Source: a bacterium (lineage in GTDB: Bacteria; Armatimonadota; JACIXR01). Taken from it: 57,234 nucleotides of DNA. The stretch's first letter is position 1. Each line of letters begins with the position of its first letter. The stretch spans positions 1 through 57,234 of the forward strand of contig JACIXQ010000004.1 in assembly GCA_014360465.1 (NCBI GenBank). The letters run 5' to 3'. The notes beneath the pieces were generated by a model that was given only the letters and a program-made list of their open reading frames with translations, had not been told where the DNA came from and made no database searches. The position numbers were made by a program, and so were the translations under genes. Shown here piece by piece: positions 27,994-38,339 of the stretch.

Positions 27994-28533
27994 ATGTCTG
28001 AGAGAGCATTAGTTTGTGAGAGACATAGGAAGGTGGAAAGGTGTGTTGTGTGTAATAGATATGGCACGAATCCCGCTCAACTTTGTTCTGATTGCAGTAG
28101 TAGACAGAGCCTATGCTGTATATGCGACAGCGAATATGCTCGCTATCCAGCAACAGTCTGTGATTCCCATAGGGGTATTTGCGTCAGGTGTGGTCGTAAC
28201 ATAAACGAAGGTTGTGTTATCACATCTGCTTGTATGGAAGCCATGGGATTAAGAGATGACTGCCAAGAATTGAACATCTTTAGGACTTTCAGAGACGAGT
28301 ATGTAAGAAATCTTCCCAATGGAGAACAAATCATCGAGGAGTATTATCGGGTTGCACCCTCGATAGTTGCAGAAATAAACAAGGCTGAGAATTTTAAGGA
28401 AATTTATTCTGCTCTATACGAACGATTGGTATCCCGAACAGTGGAGCTAATTAACCAGGGCAAAAAAGAGGAGGCATTTAACAACTGCCTAGCTATATTT
28501 AACGAGCTGAAGAGGGTTTATTTAAAAGGCTGA
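27994..28533 (+). CDS. Cys-rich Zn-cluster (PHF5-like) domain fused to CFI-box-CTERM domain
   Basis: AGGAGG RBS. Three repeats of A.xCxx[C/H]...CxxC, then GCVITSAC...DDC.EL..FR.FRD...YY.VAP.IV. Confidence 0.7.
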   Translation: MSERALVCERHRKVERCVVCNRYGTNPAQLCSDCSSRQSLCCICDSEYARYPATVCDSHRGICVRCGRNINEGCVITSACMEAMGLRDDCQELNIFRTFRDEYVRNLPNGEQIIEEYYRVAPSIVAEINKAENFKEIYSALYERLVSRTVELINQGKKEEAFNNCLAIFNELKRVYLKG

Positions 28534-28636
28534 TACTTCTAACTTTTCTAAAACAAGGTTCTGTTGAATGAATTGATGCACCTGCCCAGAGTATAACTTT
28601 CCCTCTACTTATTTTTCTGTTATAATTTAAAATAAG

Positions 28637-29605
28637 ATGAAGGTAGGCATTCCGAGAGGATTGTTGTTTTACCACTATTATCCTATGTGGAAGGTCTTCC
28701 TTGAGGGAGTAGGGGCGGAGGTTGTGACTTCTCCCCCAACTTCTAAGGAGATTTTAGACCTCGGAACAAAGAGCTCCCACGATGATGTTTGCCTCCCCGT
28801 AAAGATTTTCTTCGGACACACGGTTCACCTCGCTGAAAAGAATGTGGACTTTCTCTTCATCCCCCGCATCGTAGCTGTAGAAAGGGAAGCATATACCTGC
28901 CCGAAATTCCTCGGTTTACCCGATGTTGTCCGCAATACCCTTGAGGACTTACCGCCAATCATAGATGCCACGGTAAATGTCAAAAAGAGGGACAAAAGTC
29001 CCCTTAAAGCTGCCATAGAGGTTGGCAAATTGCTTGGCGCGCCCATGGGAAAAATAAAATCTGCTTACAAAGATGCTTGCGAAACGCTCTGGACTTACAG
29101 AGGTTTAATGCTCAAGGGATTGACCCCTGACGAGGCTATAGAGGTCATCTTCAATGGCAAAAAGTTGGAGAAGAAGCAGGTTAATACGGACATAAAAATC
29201 GGGGTCATCGGTCATCCTTACAATGTCTACGACCGATTTTCCACCCTTGATATGCTTGGCAAGTTGAAGGAACTCGGTGCGGAGGTAATAACCGAGGAAA
29301 TGATAAGGCAGGAAGACATTGAGCATCACGCCCAATTCCTTCCTAAACGCCTTTTCTGGTCCTATGAGCGAGACATCGTCGGCGCAGCATTCTATCTCAT
29401 CCATAAGAAAAAAGTGGACGGAATAATAAATGTTGTTTCCTTTGAATGCGGTCCCGATTCTTTGATTAGTGAGTTGATTCAGAGCGAAGCAAGAAGGAAT
29501 GGAGATTTCCCTCTGATGGTAATCACATTGGATGAACATACCGGCGAGGCTGGGCTTCAGACAAGGCTGGAGGCTTTCGTGGATATGCTTAAGAGAAGGA
29601 AATGA
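28637..29605 (+). CDS. Acyl-CoA dehydratase activase-related protein (DUF2229)
   Basis: VGIPRGL, CLPVK, CPKFLGLPD, FECGPDS, DEHTGEAGLQTRLEAF. Confidence 0.85.
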   Translation: MKVGIPRGLLFYHYYPMWKVFLEGVGAEVVTSPPTSKEILDLGTKSSHDDVCLPVKIFFGHTVHLAEKNVDFLFIPRIVAVEREAYTCPKFLGLPDVVRNTLEDLPPIIDATVNVKKRDKSPLKAAIEVGKLLGAPMGKIKSAYKDACETLWTYRGLMLKGLTPDEAIEVIFNGKKLEKKQVNTDIKIGVIGHPYNVYDRFSTLDMLGKLKELGAEVITEEMIRQEDIEHHAQFLPKRLFWSYERDIVGAAFYLIHKKKVDGIINVVSFECGPDSLISELIQSEARRNGDFPLMVITLDEHTGEAGLQTRLEAFVDMLKRRK

Positions 29606-30687
29606 AGGTAACTTTTCCTCATATGGGAAATCTGTGGCTCGGCTTAAAAACCGCCCTGCAGGAGCTCGGTCACGATGTTATCGTGCCTCCCAAGCCCTCA
29701 AAACGCACTCTTACACTTGGCTCCCAGTATTCCCCCGAATTCGCCTGTCTTCCCCTGAAGATTAACCTCGGCTGCTTTCTTGAAGCCATAGAGCAGGGTG
29801 CTGATACGATTATTATGGCTGGAGGAGTAGGTCCCTGCAGGTTCGGCTACTATGGAGCCGTCCAGCGAAGGATTCTTGAGGACCTCGGCTATAAGGTCAA
29901 CTTCATCATCTTCGACCCTCCCCAGGGCAGATGGGGGGAGTTCCTCAACGACCTCAAGAAGGTAGGCAATGGCAAACCACTTTATAGAATTTTCTCCGCC
30001 CTTCTCTTCGGGATTCGCAAGCTCCAGGTTATGGATTACCTGGAAAAATTGGGACATAAGACGAAAGCACTGGAGATAAAGAAGGGAGAGACAACCCATA
30101 TCCTTGAGAAAACCCTTCGGCGTTTGGATGAAGCATCTTCCTATAAAGAAGTCAAGAGAATACGAGAAGAAGCGATTGAAGAACTTCTATCCATTCCCAA
30201 GAAGGACATAGACCCAATAAAGGTGGCTGTGACTGGAGAGATATTTGTCGTTCTTGAGCCTTTCGTCAATATGGAGGTTGAGAACGAGCTGGGGAAGATG
30301 GATGTTGAGGTTGAGCGAACGCTATATATAACCGATTGGGTCAAAGAGCACCTCATACCTTCCCTCCAGGGAATCAGGAAACATCACCTCTTGGAACAAA
30401 TGTCCAAACCATATCTGGGGCATTTTGTGGGAGGAGATGGTCAACTCTCCGTCGCTTCCGCAGTAATTTACGCAAAGAAGGGATTCCATGGAATGGTACA
30501 CCTTATGCCCTTCACCTGTATGCCTGAAATCATCGCTCAGAGTATCCTCCCACGAGTCAGCAAGGATTTATCCTTCCCCGTTCTCACCCTCGTTTTTGAT
30601 GAACATACGGGAAAGGCTGGGGTTCTGACAAGGTTGGAGGCTTTTGTTGACTTGCTCCGCCGTAAAAGGATGGTGAGCGTCAATTGA
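29602..30687 (+). CDS. CoA protein activase / 2-hydroxyacyl-CoA dehydratase-related subunit
   Basis: PEFACLPLK, GPCRFGYY, PFTCMPE, DEHTGKAG.TRLEAF. Confidence 0.85.
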   Translation: MKVTFPHMGNLWLGLKTALQELGHDVIVPPKPSKRTLTLGSQYSPEFACLPLKINLGCFLEAIEQGADTIIMAGGVGPCRFGYYGAVQRRILEDLGYKVNFIIFDPPQGRWGEFLNDLKKVGNGKPLYRIFSALLFGIRKLQVMDYLEKLGHKTKALEIKKGETTHILEKTLRRLDEASSYKEVKRIREEAIEELLSIPKKDIDPIKVAVTGEIFVVLEPFVNMEVENELGKMDVEVERTLYITDWVKEHLIPSLQGIRKHHLLEQMSKPYLGHFVGGDGQLSVASAVIYAKKGFHGMVHLMPFTCMPEIIAQSILPRVSKDLSFPVLTLVFDEHTGKAGVLTRLEAFVDLLRRKRMVSVN

Positions 30688-31646
30688 AGGGATATGTCGG
30701 CGTTGATGTGGGTTCTGTCACGACTAAGGTGGTCGTAATAGACGAAGAGGGCAATCCCTTAGGGACGCCAGTTTACATCCGTACCCAGGGACAACCGATA
30801 AAGGCTATCCAGAAAGGGATAGCAATGGTGCGGGAAGATTTACCCAGGAATTTAGAGATTAAAGGGGCAGGGACAACGGGTTCGGCGAGATATCTCGCTG
30901 GTGTTCTGATTGGAGCAGATGTGATTCGCAACGAGATAACAGCCCATGCCGTCGCTGCCCTCCGCTTCCACCCTCAAGCAAATACCATAATTGAAATAGG
31001 TGGGCAGGATTCCAAAATAATAATTCTGAGAAATGGATTGGTCGTGGATTTCGCAATGAATACGGTCTGCGCTGCAGGGACGGGTTCTTTCCTTGACAGA
31101 CAGGCAGAACGCTTGGGAATACCTATCGAGCGCTTTGGTGAGCTTGCCCTAAAGGCTAAAACTCCCGTGCGGATAGCGGGTAGATGCACCGTATTCGCTG
31201 AGTCCGATATGATACATAAACAACAGATGGGCTTTTCCGTGGAAGATATTGTAGCTGGTCTCTGCGAAGCCCTTGTTAGGAATTACCTTAGCAATGTAGC
31301 CAAAGGCAAGAAAATCTATCCACCAGTGATATTCCAGGGAGGAGTAGCGGCCAACATCGGGATAAAGTTCGCCTTTCAAAGGGCACTCGGCTGCGAGGTC
31401 CTCGTGCCTCCCTATCACAATGTTATGGGTGCAATTGGTGCGGCGCTCCTCGCAGCGGAGGAAATGAGGGATGGTAAAAAGAGCCACTTCAGGGGATTTG
31501 ATGTTGCAGAGATGAATTTTGAAACCTCTTCTTTTGAATGCAGCGGTTGTTCCAATAGGTGCGAGATAGTGGAGATAAAAAGCGATGGGAAGCTTCTTGC
31601 CCGCTGGGGAGATAGGTGCGGGAAGTGGGAAGTGATTGAAAGATAA
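30684..31646 (+). CDS. BadF/BcrA/HgdC-type ATPase activator of acyl-CoA dehydratase
   Basis: GVDVGSVTTK, IGGQDSK, MNTVCAAGTGSFL, RCTVFAESD; C-terminal CxxCxNxC. Confidence 0.9.
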   Translation: MKGYVGVDVGSVTTKVVVIDEEGNPLGTPVYIRTQGQPIKAIQKGIAMVREDLPRNLEIKGAGTTGSARYLAGVLIGADVIRNEITAHAVAALRFHPQANTIIEIGGQDSKIIILRNGLVVDFAMNTVCAAGTGSFLDRQAERLGIPIERFGELALKAKTPVRIAGRCTVFAESDMIHKQQMGFSVEDIVAGLCEALVRNYLSNVAKGKKIYPPVIFQGGVAANIGIKFAFQRALGCEVLVPPYHNVMGAIGAALLAAEEMRDGKKSHFRGFDVAEMNFETSSFECSGCSNRCEIVEIKSDGKLLARWGDRCGKWEVIER

Positions 31647-31666
31647 AATACAAGGAGGCGATATAA

Positions 31667-33388
31667 TTGGCAGACAAGTTGGGCTACTTCGCCCTTGTTC
31701 TGCATACCCATATTCCCTATGTGTTGGCTCACGGTAGATGGCCTCATGGTACGGATTGGCTATCAGAAGCTGTCGTTGAGTCCTATATCCCATTAATAGA
31801 TGTTTTCAAGGAACTCGCTGATAAGGGCGTTGCTCCAAAAGTAACATTCAGCATTACACCCATCACCTGTGAGCAGCTTTCCGACCCCTCGTTCCCTAAC
31901 GAGCTGAAAGATTATCTTCAGAATAAGATAAAGTTAAGCCACGAGGCAGAGAAGGAATGGCATAGTCAAGGAGAAGAGCAAATGGCGAAGCTCGCCAGTT
32001 TCTGGGAGAAATTCTATTCTAAAATATATGAGAAATTCGAAAACGAATTCCAAGAGGATTTAATTAAGGTATTGCGAGGATTGCAAGATGCAGGGCAGAT
32101 AGAAATAATGACGAGCTGCGCCACTCACGGCTATCTCCCCTTGCTTCTCCTCGATGAGAGTGTTCAATCTCAGGTGAGATTGGGAGTTACCGCTTATCAT
32201 CATCATTTTGGAAAACAACCGAGAGGAATATGGCTTCCCGAATGTGCTTACCGTCCACGCTATGTATGGCAAGCTCCCCTCATTGATTGCAAATATCTTC
32301 GGAAAGGCGTTGATGAGTTCATCAGCGAGGAGGGATTGCAGTATTTTATCGTTGATACGCATCTTTTGAAGGGGGGTAAGGTAACAGGTGTATATCTGGA
32401 AAGGTTTGAGGCGCTCAAAGCGCTCTGGGAGAGAGTGGAAAAAGTAGAACGCCCCGAGGAGATAGAGAAATATCCCTATCGCCCATATCTTGTGAATTCC
32501 TCAGGTGAACCTAAACGCCCTGTCGCAATCTTCGTTCGTGACCCCGAAACAGGCTTGCAAGTGTGGAGCGGACAGGTTGGCTATCCAGGAGACGGATTCT
32601 ATCTCGATTTCCATAAGAAACACTTTCCCAGTGGACTTCGTTTTTGGAGAGTGACCGACCCTAAAGCGGACCTTGGCGCAAAATTGCCCTACGAACGGGA
32701 AAAAGCAGAGGAAAGGGTGGAGGAGCATTCCCGCCATTTCCTTACATTGCTCAAACGAGTCCTTGCCCAGTTTAAAAAAGAGACGGGCAAGATGGGAATA
32801 ATCGTTGCCCCCTATGATACGGAGCTCTTCGGGCATTGGTGGTTTGAGGGTCCAAAATTCCTCAAGCGTGTTATCGAGCGCATAGCAGAAGACGAAGAGA
32901 TAGAGATGATTACCTGCGGTGATTATCTTGAAAGATATCCCGCCGATACGCTCGTTTCCCTCCCTGAGGGTTCCTGGGGAGAAGGAGGTTTTCATTGGAT
33001 ATGGCTGAACGAGTGGACGGAATGGACCTGGCGATACATCTATCAGGCGGAAAAGGAGATGAAAGAGCTAACGAGGAAGGCACTGGGCAAAGGGGAAAGT
33101 GTTGAAAGGGTTCTCAAACAGATGGCGAGGGAGCTTCTCCTTCTTCAATCTTCCGACTGGCAATTCCTTATATCAACTTGGACAGCAAGGGATTATGCGG
33201 AGATTCGTGTTGCTGAACACTATAATTCCTTCCTTCGCCTTTCCCAGATGTTGAAGGAATTGTTGGAAGGGAAAAAACCCGACCCCTCCGCCTGGCAATT
33301 TCTGGAATACTGCGAGGCGAGGGACCGCCCATTCCCTTACATTGACCCTTCATCCTTCGCGGAATTAACCTATCCGCCGAATCCATAG
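31667..33388 (+). CDS. GH57 1,4-alpha-glucan branching enzyme (DUF1957)
   Basis: LHTHIPYV, ATHGYLPL, WLPECAY, PYDTELFGHWWFEG, QSSDWQF. Confidence 0.9.
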   Translation: MADKLGYFALVLHTHIPYVLAHGRWPHGTDWLSEAVVESYIPLIDVFKELADKGVAPKVTFSITPITCEQLSDPSFPNELKDYLQNKIKLSHEAEKEWHSQGEEQMAKLASFWEKFYSKIYEKFENEFQEDLIKVLRGLQDAGQIEIMTSCATHGYLPLLLLDESVQSQVRLGVTAYHHHFGKQPRGIWLPECAYRPRYVWQAPLIDCKYLRKGVDEFISEEGLQYFIVDTHLLKGGKVTGVYLERFEALKALWERVEKVERPEEIEKYPYRPYLVNSSGEPKRPVAIFVRDPETGLQVWSGQVGYPGDGFYLDFHKKHFPSGLRFWRVTDPKADLGAKLPYEREKAEERVEEHSRHFLTLLKRVLAQFKKETGKMGIIVAPYDTELFGHWWFEGPKFLKRVIERIAEDEEIEMITCGDYLERYPADTLVSLPEGSWGEGGFHWIWLNEWTEWTWRYIYQAEKEMKELTRKALGKGESVERVLKQMARELLLLQSSDWQFLISTWTARDYAEIRVAEHYNSFLRLSQMLKELLEGKKPDPSAWQFLEYCEARDRPFPYIDPSSFAELTYPPNP

Positions 33389-33403
33389 GGAGGTGATTCT
33401 TTT

Positions 33404-35908
33404 ATGAAAGCAATAATAATGGCTGGCGGGGAAGGAACGAGGCTGAGACCGCTTACAGTCCATCGCCCCAAACCGCTTGTGCCAGTTGCGGGCAAGCCCA
33501 TAATGCAACACATCATTGAATTGCTGAGAAAACACGGTTTTAAGGAGGCTGTTGCTACAGTCCATTACCTCGCCGACGAAATAGAGGGTTATTTCGGCGA
33601 TGGTGAAGAGTTCGGCATTTCCCTTAAATACTCTGTTGAGGATGTTCCCTTGGGTACGGCAGGAAGCGTCAAGAGGGCGGCGGATACATTCAATTTAAAC
33701 GAAACCCTCCTTATACTTAGCGGCGATGCACTTACCGATATAGACCTGAGCGAGGCTATCGCTTTTCACAAAGATAGAGGAGCTTTAGTGACGATTGTGC
33801 TATCAAGGGTATCAAATCCCTTGGAATATGGCGTGGTGATTGTAGATGAAGAAGGGAGAATAAGAAGGTTCCTTGAAAAACCCTCCGGGGATGAAGCGTT
33901 CTCAGACACCGTTAACACGGGGATATACATTATTGAACCAGAAGTCCTCTCATACATAGGTGATCAGCAATTCGTGGATTTCTCCCAAAACCTCTTCCCC
34001 AAACTGCTTTATGAAGGTAAGCCACTTTACGGTTTCATCAGCAAGGGATACTGGTGTGATGTTGGAAATCACACATCATATCTTGAAGCCAATTTCGATG
34101 TTCTATACGGAAAGGTGAAAGTCCAAATAGATGGTGAAGAAATTGCTCCAGGTATATTCGTAGGAGAAGGAGCCGATATAGGGGAAGCGGAGATACATCC
34201 GCCGGTATACATAGGGAGCCACAGCCGGATTGAGGGAAAAGCAAGAATAACTGGTCCAGCTATAATAGGTGCGGAGTGTGTACTACAAGAGGGTGTTAAA
34301 GTAGAGAGGAGCGTTGTCTGGGAAAAGGTATTCTTGGGTAGAGGAGCTGACCTTTTCGGTTGCATAGTTGGAGACAGGACGATATGTGGTGAAAGAGTTA
34401 AGGTAGGAGAAGGAGCAATAATCGGGAACCACTGCACGCTGGAAGGGGATGTTATTGTCCAACCATTTATTAAGATATGGCCAAATAAAATAGTGGAACG
34501 GAACTCCAGGGTGACTATGAGCCTTGTATGGGGTGGAAAATGGTATGGAAGTCTCTTCCGCAGGTACGGCATAGCGGGAATAGGTAATCTTGAGATAACG
34601 CCCGAGTATGCAACAAAACTGGGAGCAGCCTTTGGTTCACTCTTTCCAAAAGGAAGTTGGGTAGCGGTCAGCAGGGATTCCTCTCAAACTGCAAGGATGA
34701 TAAAGAGGGGTTTCATCGCTGGTTTGCTATCAGCTGGCATCAATGTCCTTAATCTTCAGGCAATGGTATTGCCGATAACACGCTTCACAATAAGGAGCAG
34801 GAGCTTGGTAGGAGGAGCACATATAAGAATGGTGCCCTATCATAGTTCTCTTTTGACAATAGAGCTTTTTGACGAACGTGGAATAGAGCTTCCACCATCC
34901 AGCCAGCGCAAGTTGGAAAGCTACTTCTTCCGAGAGGATTTTAGAAGGGTGAGGGACAACGAGGTGGGAACGATAGAGTACTCCACAAGGGTAATCGAGA
35001 ATTACAGAGAGGCTCTCCTCTCCCAGATTGATGAGAAACTAATTTCCTCAAGAAAATTCAAACTTGTTATAGATTACGCTTTCGGAAGGACATCACTTGT
35101 CTTGCCAGCCATTTTAGGGATATTAGGGTTGGATGTTGTAGCTCTAAACCCCTTCGTTGACCCTCAAAGAGCTCCCCATTCACCCCAACAACGGGACGAG
35201 ATGTTAAAGGAATTGAGAAATGTAGTCACGGCTTTGAGGGCTGATTTTGGTGTCTTCTTTGAACACAGCGGAGGGGAAACCTTGTCCATTGTCGCTCCCA
35301 ATGGAGAAATCGTGGATGGATACAAACTCCTGTTATTATTCGCTCTTCTTCTTTATAAGACTGGAAGAAAAGGGGATATTGTATCCTATCTACACGCCCC
35401 TTCTGCCTTGGATGAGCTCGCTACGAGATTCGGCGGCAAAGTCATTAGGACACGTCCTTTACCGAGATTCCTGCTGGAGCGCTCCCAAAATGTCCTTTTA
35501 GGAGGCAATGATTCTGGGGGGCTCGTTTTTCCTCAATTTCAACCTGCTTTCGACTCCATCTTCGCTTTAGCAATGCTTCTACAATGCCTTGCCCAGCTCG
35601 AGGAGGATATAACCGATTTGCTGAGTGAGCTTCCATCTTTCCACCTCCGTTATGCTGTTGTTCCTTGCCCCTGGGAGGAAAAGGCGCGGGTTATGCGGAT
35701 TTTACACAGGGCTGAAGTGGTTACCCACGAGTATGGAGCGATGGAGAAAATGAGCCCAAATCAATGGGTTCTCGTTCTACCGGATATTTCCGAACCATAT
35801 CTGCATATCTGGGCTGAGGGTGAGACACCAGAGGAAGCTGAGGAACTTCTGAGAAAAAAGGAAATAGAAGTAAGGGACTTGGTTAAACGAGAAGCCGAGC
35901 TCATCTGA
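33404..35908 (+). CDS. Mannose-1-phosphate guanylyltransferase-like NTP transferase + hexapeptide + phosphomannomutase-like fusion
   Basis: MAGGEGTRLRPLT, PLGTAG, FLEKP, YWCDVG, then LbH repeats and PMM-like domains. Confidence 0.88.
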   Translation: MKAIIMAGGEGTRLRPLTVHRPKPLVPVAGKPIMQHIIELLRKHGFKEAVATVHYLADEIEGYFGDGEEFGISLKYSVEDVPLGTAGSVKRAADTFNLNETLLILSGDALTDIDLSEAIAFHKDRGALVTIVLSRVSNPLEYGVVIVDEEGRIRRFLEKPSGDEAFSDTVNTGIYIIEPEVLSYIGDQQFVDFSQNLFPKLLYEGKPLYGFISKGYWCDVGNHTSYLEANFDVLYGKVKVQIDGEEIAPGIFVGEGADIGEAEIHPPVYIGSHSRIEGKARITGPAIIGAECVLQEGVKVERSVVWEKVFLGRGADLFGCIVGDRTICGERVKVGEGAIIGNHCTLEGDVIVQPFIKIWPNKIVERNSRVTMSLVWGGKWYGSLFRRYGIAGIGNLEITPEYATKLGAAFGSLFPKGSWVAVSRDSSQTARMIKRGFIAGLLSAGINVLNLQAMVLPITRFTIRSRSLVGGAHIRMVPYHSSLLTIELFDERGIELPPSSQRKLESYFFREDFRRVRDNEVGTIEYSTRVIENYREALLSQIDEKLISSRKFKLVIDYAFGRTSLVLPAILGILGLDVVALNPFVDPQRAPHSPQQRDEMLKELRNVVTALRADFGVFFEHSGGETLSIVAPNGEIVDGYKLLLLFALLLYKTGRKGDIVSYLHAPSALDELATRFGGKVIRTRPLPRFLLERSQNVLLGGNDSGGLVFPQFQPAFDSIFALAMLLQCLAQLEEDITDLLSELPSFHLRYAVVPCPWEEKARVMRILHRAEVVTHEYGAMEKMSPNQWVLVLPDISEPYLHIWAEGETPEEAEELLRKKEIEVRDLVKREAELI

Positions 35909-35979
35909 TACACATCAATTATACTTCCCTGGCTTCCCTTTCTTTCCCCCTATATACTCTCTTAATCCCTTTCTGATAT

Positions 35980-36008
35980 TTGACCTAATAGAATAGACCA
36001 TATATAAT
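35980..36008 (+). promoter_or_regulatory. Sigma70 promoter of rpsU operon
   Basis: TTGACC-17 bp-TATAAT. Confidence 0.75.
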
Positions 36009-36028
36009 AACTAAAGAAAGGAGGTTAT

Positions 36029-36190
36029 ATGGCAAAGATAGAAGTCAGAGAAGGAGAATCTATAGAGAGCGCCTTGCGCCGTTTTCGCAAGAGATTACAA
36101 AGGTCGGGTGTTTTACAGGAAGCAAGGCGCCACGAGCACTACCTCAAGCCAAGCGAGAGAAAAAGAAAACGAGGGAAAAAACAAAGATAA
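36029..36190 (+). CDS. rpsU: 30S ribosomal protein bS21 (missed by ORF track)
   Basis: AGGAGG RBS; MAKIEVREGESIESALRRFRKRLQRSGVLQEARRHEHYLKPSERKRKRGKKQR. Confidence 0.95.
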   Translation: MAKIEVREGESIESALRRFRKRLQRSGVLQEARRHEHYLKPSERKRKRGKKQR

Positions 36191-36200
36191 GAAGCTTTAG

Positions 36201-38339
36201 ATGAAGCTTCCGAGTTTCAGAAGGCGAAAGGGTAAAACCTTTCTTCCAAGGCTTGATAAGGAGAAAGGGCTAAGAATAATCCTGTGTTTTTTTTCTGTAG
36301 TTGTTAGCACCTTAGTCCTTACCTTCCCCCTTTCCTATTACTCTTTTTCTCTCCGAGTGGGCAAACCAGCCCCGTTTGATATAAGAGCCCAGAGAACCGT
36401 TCAATATGTGGACGAGGAGAAGAGTGAGGCTTTGCGTAGGGAAGCAGCTTCCCGGGTTACTCCCACATATACGCTCGCTCCCTTTGCAAATGCGGAAGCC
36501 GAAGATGCGATAAGACGAACATTCCAGTTAATTAGGGAAGCGAGAAAAGAGGGAAAACTTATACACTCGCAAGTGGAGTCCTTGAATTCCCGTTTGCCCT
36601 TTCCCCTTTCCCCCCAAGCAATAACAACTCTCCTACAAACTAAAGAGGATTTGAATCGCCTGCAGGAAAGAGCACTGCAGATTGTCAAACTGATAATGGA
36701 AGGAGGTATCAAGGATACCAAGGAGGAGCTTGAAGCCGCAAGGAAAAAAGCAAGGAACTTAGTGTTGAGAAGCTTTCCGCCTAACGCGGAGAGTTTCGCC
36801 CTTGCTGAGATAACGGCAAGCGCTATCAGACCGAATCTGATTGAGAATGTAGAAGCGACCAGAAAACTCAGGGAGAAAGCAAGAAGTTCTGTGAAACCGG
36901 TTTACGAGAAAATTATGTTCGGAGAACTTATCGTCCGAAAAGGAGAAACAATAACTCCCCAAATTTGGCGGAAACTAACCGTTTTAGGAATTGTTGGGAA
37001 GCTTCCTCTTCTCAAAGAAGTTCTCGCTATGTTAGCTCTCGTTGCTATTTCCTATTCAGTAATGCTTCTCTTCCTTACAAAACACAGCCCCGAGGTCTAT
37101 TTCAATTTAAAGCTTCAATCCCTTCTATGGCTCTTGCTCTTCCTTGGTTTCCTCGGTTTCCGCTTTGGGCTATCCTTCCAATTCACGCCTGCGATAGTTT
37201 CCGCTTTCGTGGCTATATCCCTCGCTTCTCTCTTGGGAGGCGAAGTCGCCGCCATCACCCTCCCATTTCTTGCCCTCCTTATGAGCGTATCCGCTGGTGG
37301 GGAGATGCAAATAGCAAGTATGAGCATACTCTCCGGTGGCGTGGGAATTGTGTCAACCCTCCGTTTGAGGGACAGGTTTGATCTTGTTAAAGCTTCCCTC
37401 GCTCTTGCGGGAACGATAAGCCTTTTAACCTTACTCTGCCGAGTATGGAGATTCATAGGTCCTGAGGAACTTCCCCTCGCCCTTTTCTGGGGTGCAGTCA
37501 GTGGAATAATTGGAATTGCTATAGCGTGGCTGGGAGTATCCATCCTTGAACGACTTTTCGGCATAACCACTACTTTTCAGCTATTAGAATTAGCCAATCC
37601 TGACAAACCGCTTCTGCGGGAGCTTCTCCTTAATGCCCCCGGTTCATATCAACACAGCATAATTACGGCGAATCTTGCCGAGGCAGCAGCAAATGCAATA
37701 GGTGCTGATGCCCTACTTTGCAGAGTGAGCGCTCTATATCACGATATCGGGAAGATGAAACGCCCACTTTATTTCATTGAGAACCAATTCGGAGAAAATA
37801 TCCATGAAACCCTTTCCCCTACCCTCAGCAGCATCGTAATAACCTCCCATGTAAGGGATGGGGTGGAGATGGCGAAGCGAGCGAAGCTACCTCCAAAAGT
37901 TATAGATATTATTGCCCAGCATCACGGCACTTCACTCGTTAGTTATTTTTACCACAGAGCTTTGGGGGAAAGCGACGGGGAAGTGGAAGAAAGCAGATTC
38001 CGCTATGAGGGACCGAAACCACAAAGCAAAGAGGCTGCTATAGTTATGCTTGCGGATTCTGTTGAAGCGGCGGTTCGTTCCCTTGAGGATAAATCCCCCC
38101 AGAATGTGGAAATGGTGGTGGAAAAGATAATAAGGCAAAAGCTAAACGATGGACAGCTTGACGAATCGGGACTCAGTTATAAAGATTTAAATAAAATCAA
38201 GGAAGCCTTCTTATCCATACTGCGTGGATTTCTTCACAAACGACTTGAATATCCTTCTGAGGAGGTAAGGGTTGCCAATCAGGATAATCTCCCTCCACAA
38301 AATGCCGGTAAAAAAGAAGCTTCTCAGGGAAATCGTTAA
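36201..38339 (+). CDS. 7TM-HD phosphohydrolase (PgpH-like)
   Basis: Extracellular domain, 7 TM helices, APGSYQHS, YHDIGK, QHHGT, MLADSVEAA. Confidence 0.9.
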   Translation: MKLPSFRRRKGKTFLPRLDKEKGLRIILCFFSVVVSTLVLTFPLSYYSFSLRVGKPAPFDIRAQRTVQYVDEEKSEALRREAASRVTPTYTLAPFANAEAEDAIRRTFQLIREARKEGKLIHSQVESLNSRLPFPLSPQAITTLLQTKEDLNRLQERALQIVKLIMEGGIKDTKEELEAARKKARNLVLRSFPPNAESFALAEITASAIRPNLIENVEATRKLREKARSSVKPVYEKIMFGELIVRKGETITPQIWRKLTVLGIVGKLPLLKEVLAMLALVAISYSVMLLFLTKHSPEVYFNLKLQSLLWLLLFLGFLGFRFGLSFQFTPAIVSAFVAISLASLLGGEVAAITLPFLALLMSVSAGGEMQIASMSILSGGVGIVSTLRLRDRFDLVKASLALAGTISLLTLLCRVWRFIGPEELPLALFWGAVSGIIGIAIAWLGVSILERLFGITTTFQLLELANPDKPLLRELLLNAPGSYQHSIITANLAEAAANAIGADALLCRVSALYHDIGKMKRPLYFIENQFGENIHETLSPTLSSIVITSHVRDGVEMAKRAKLPPKVIDIIAQHHGTSLVSYFYHRALGESDGEVEESRFRYEGPKPQSKEAAIVMLADSVEAAVRSLEDKSPQNVEMVVEKIIRQKLNDGQLDESGLSYKDLNKIKEAFLSILRGFLHKRLEYPSEEVRVANQDNLPPQNAGKKEASQGNR

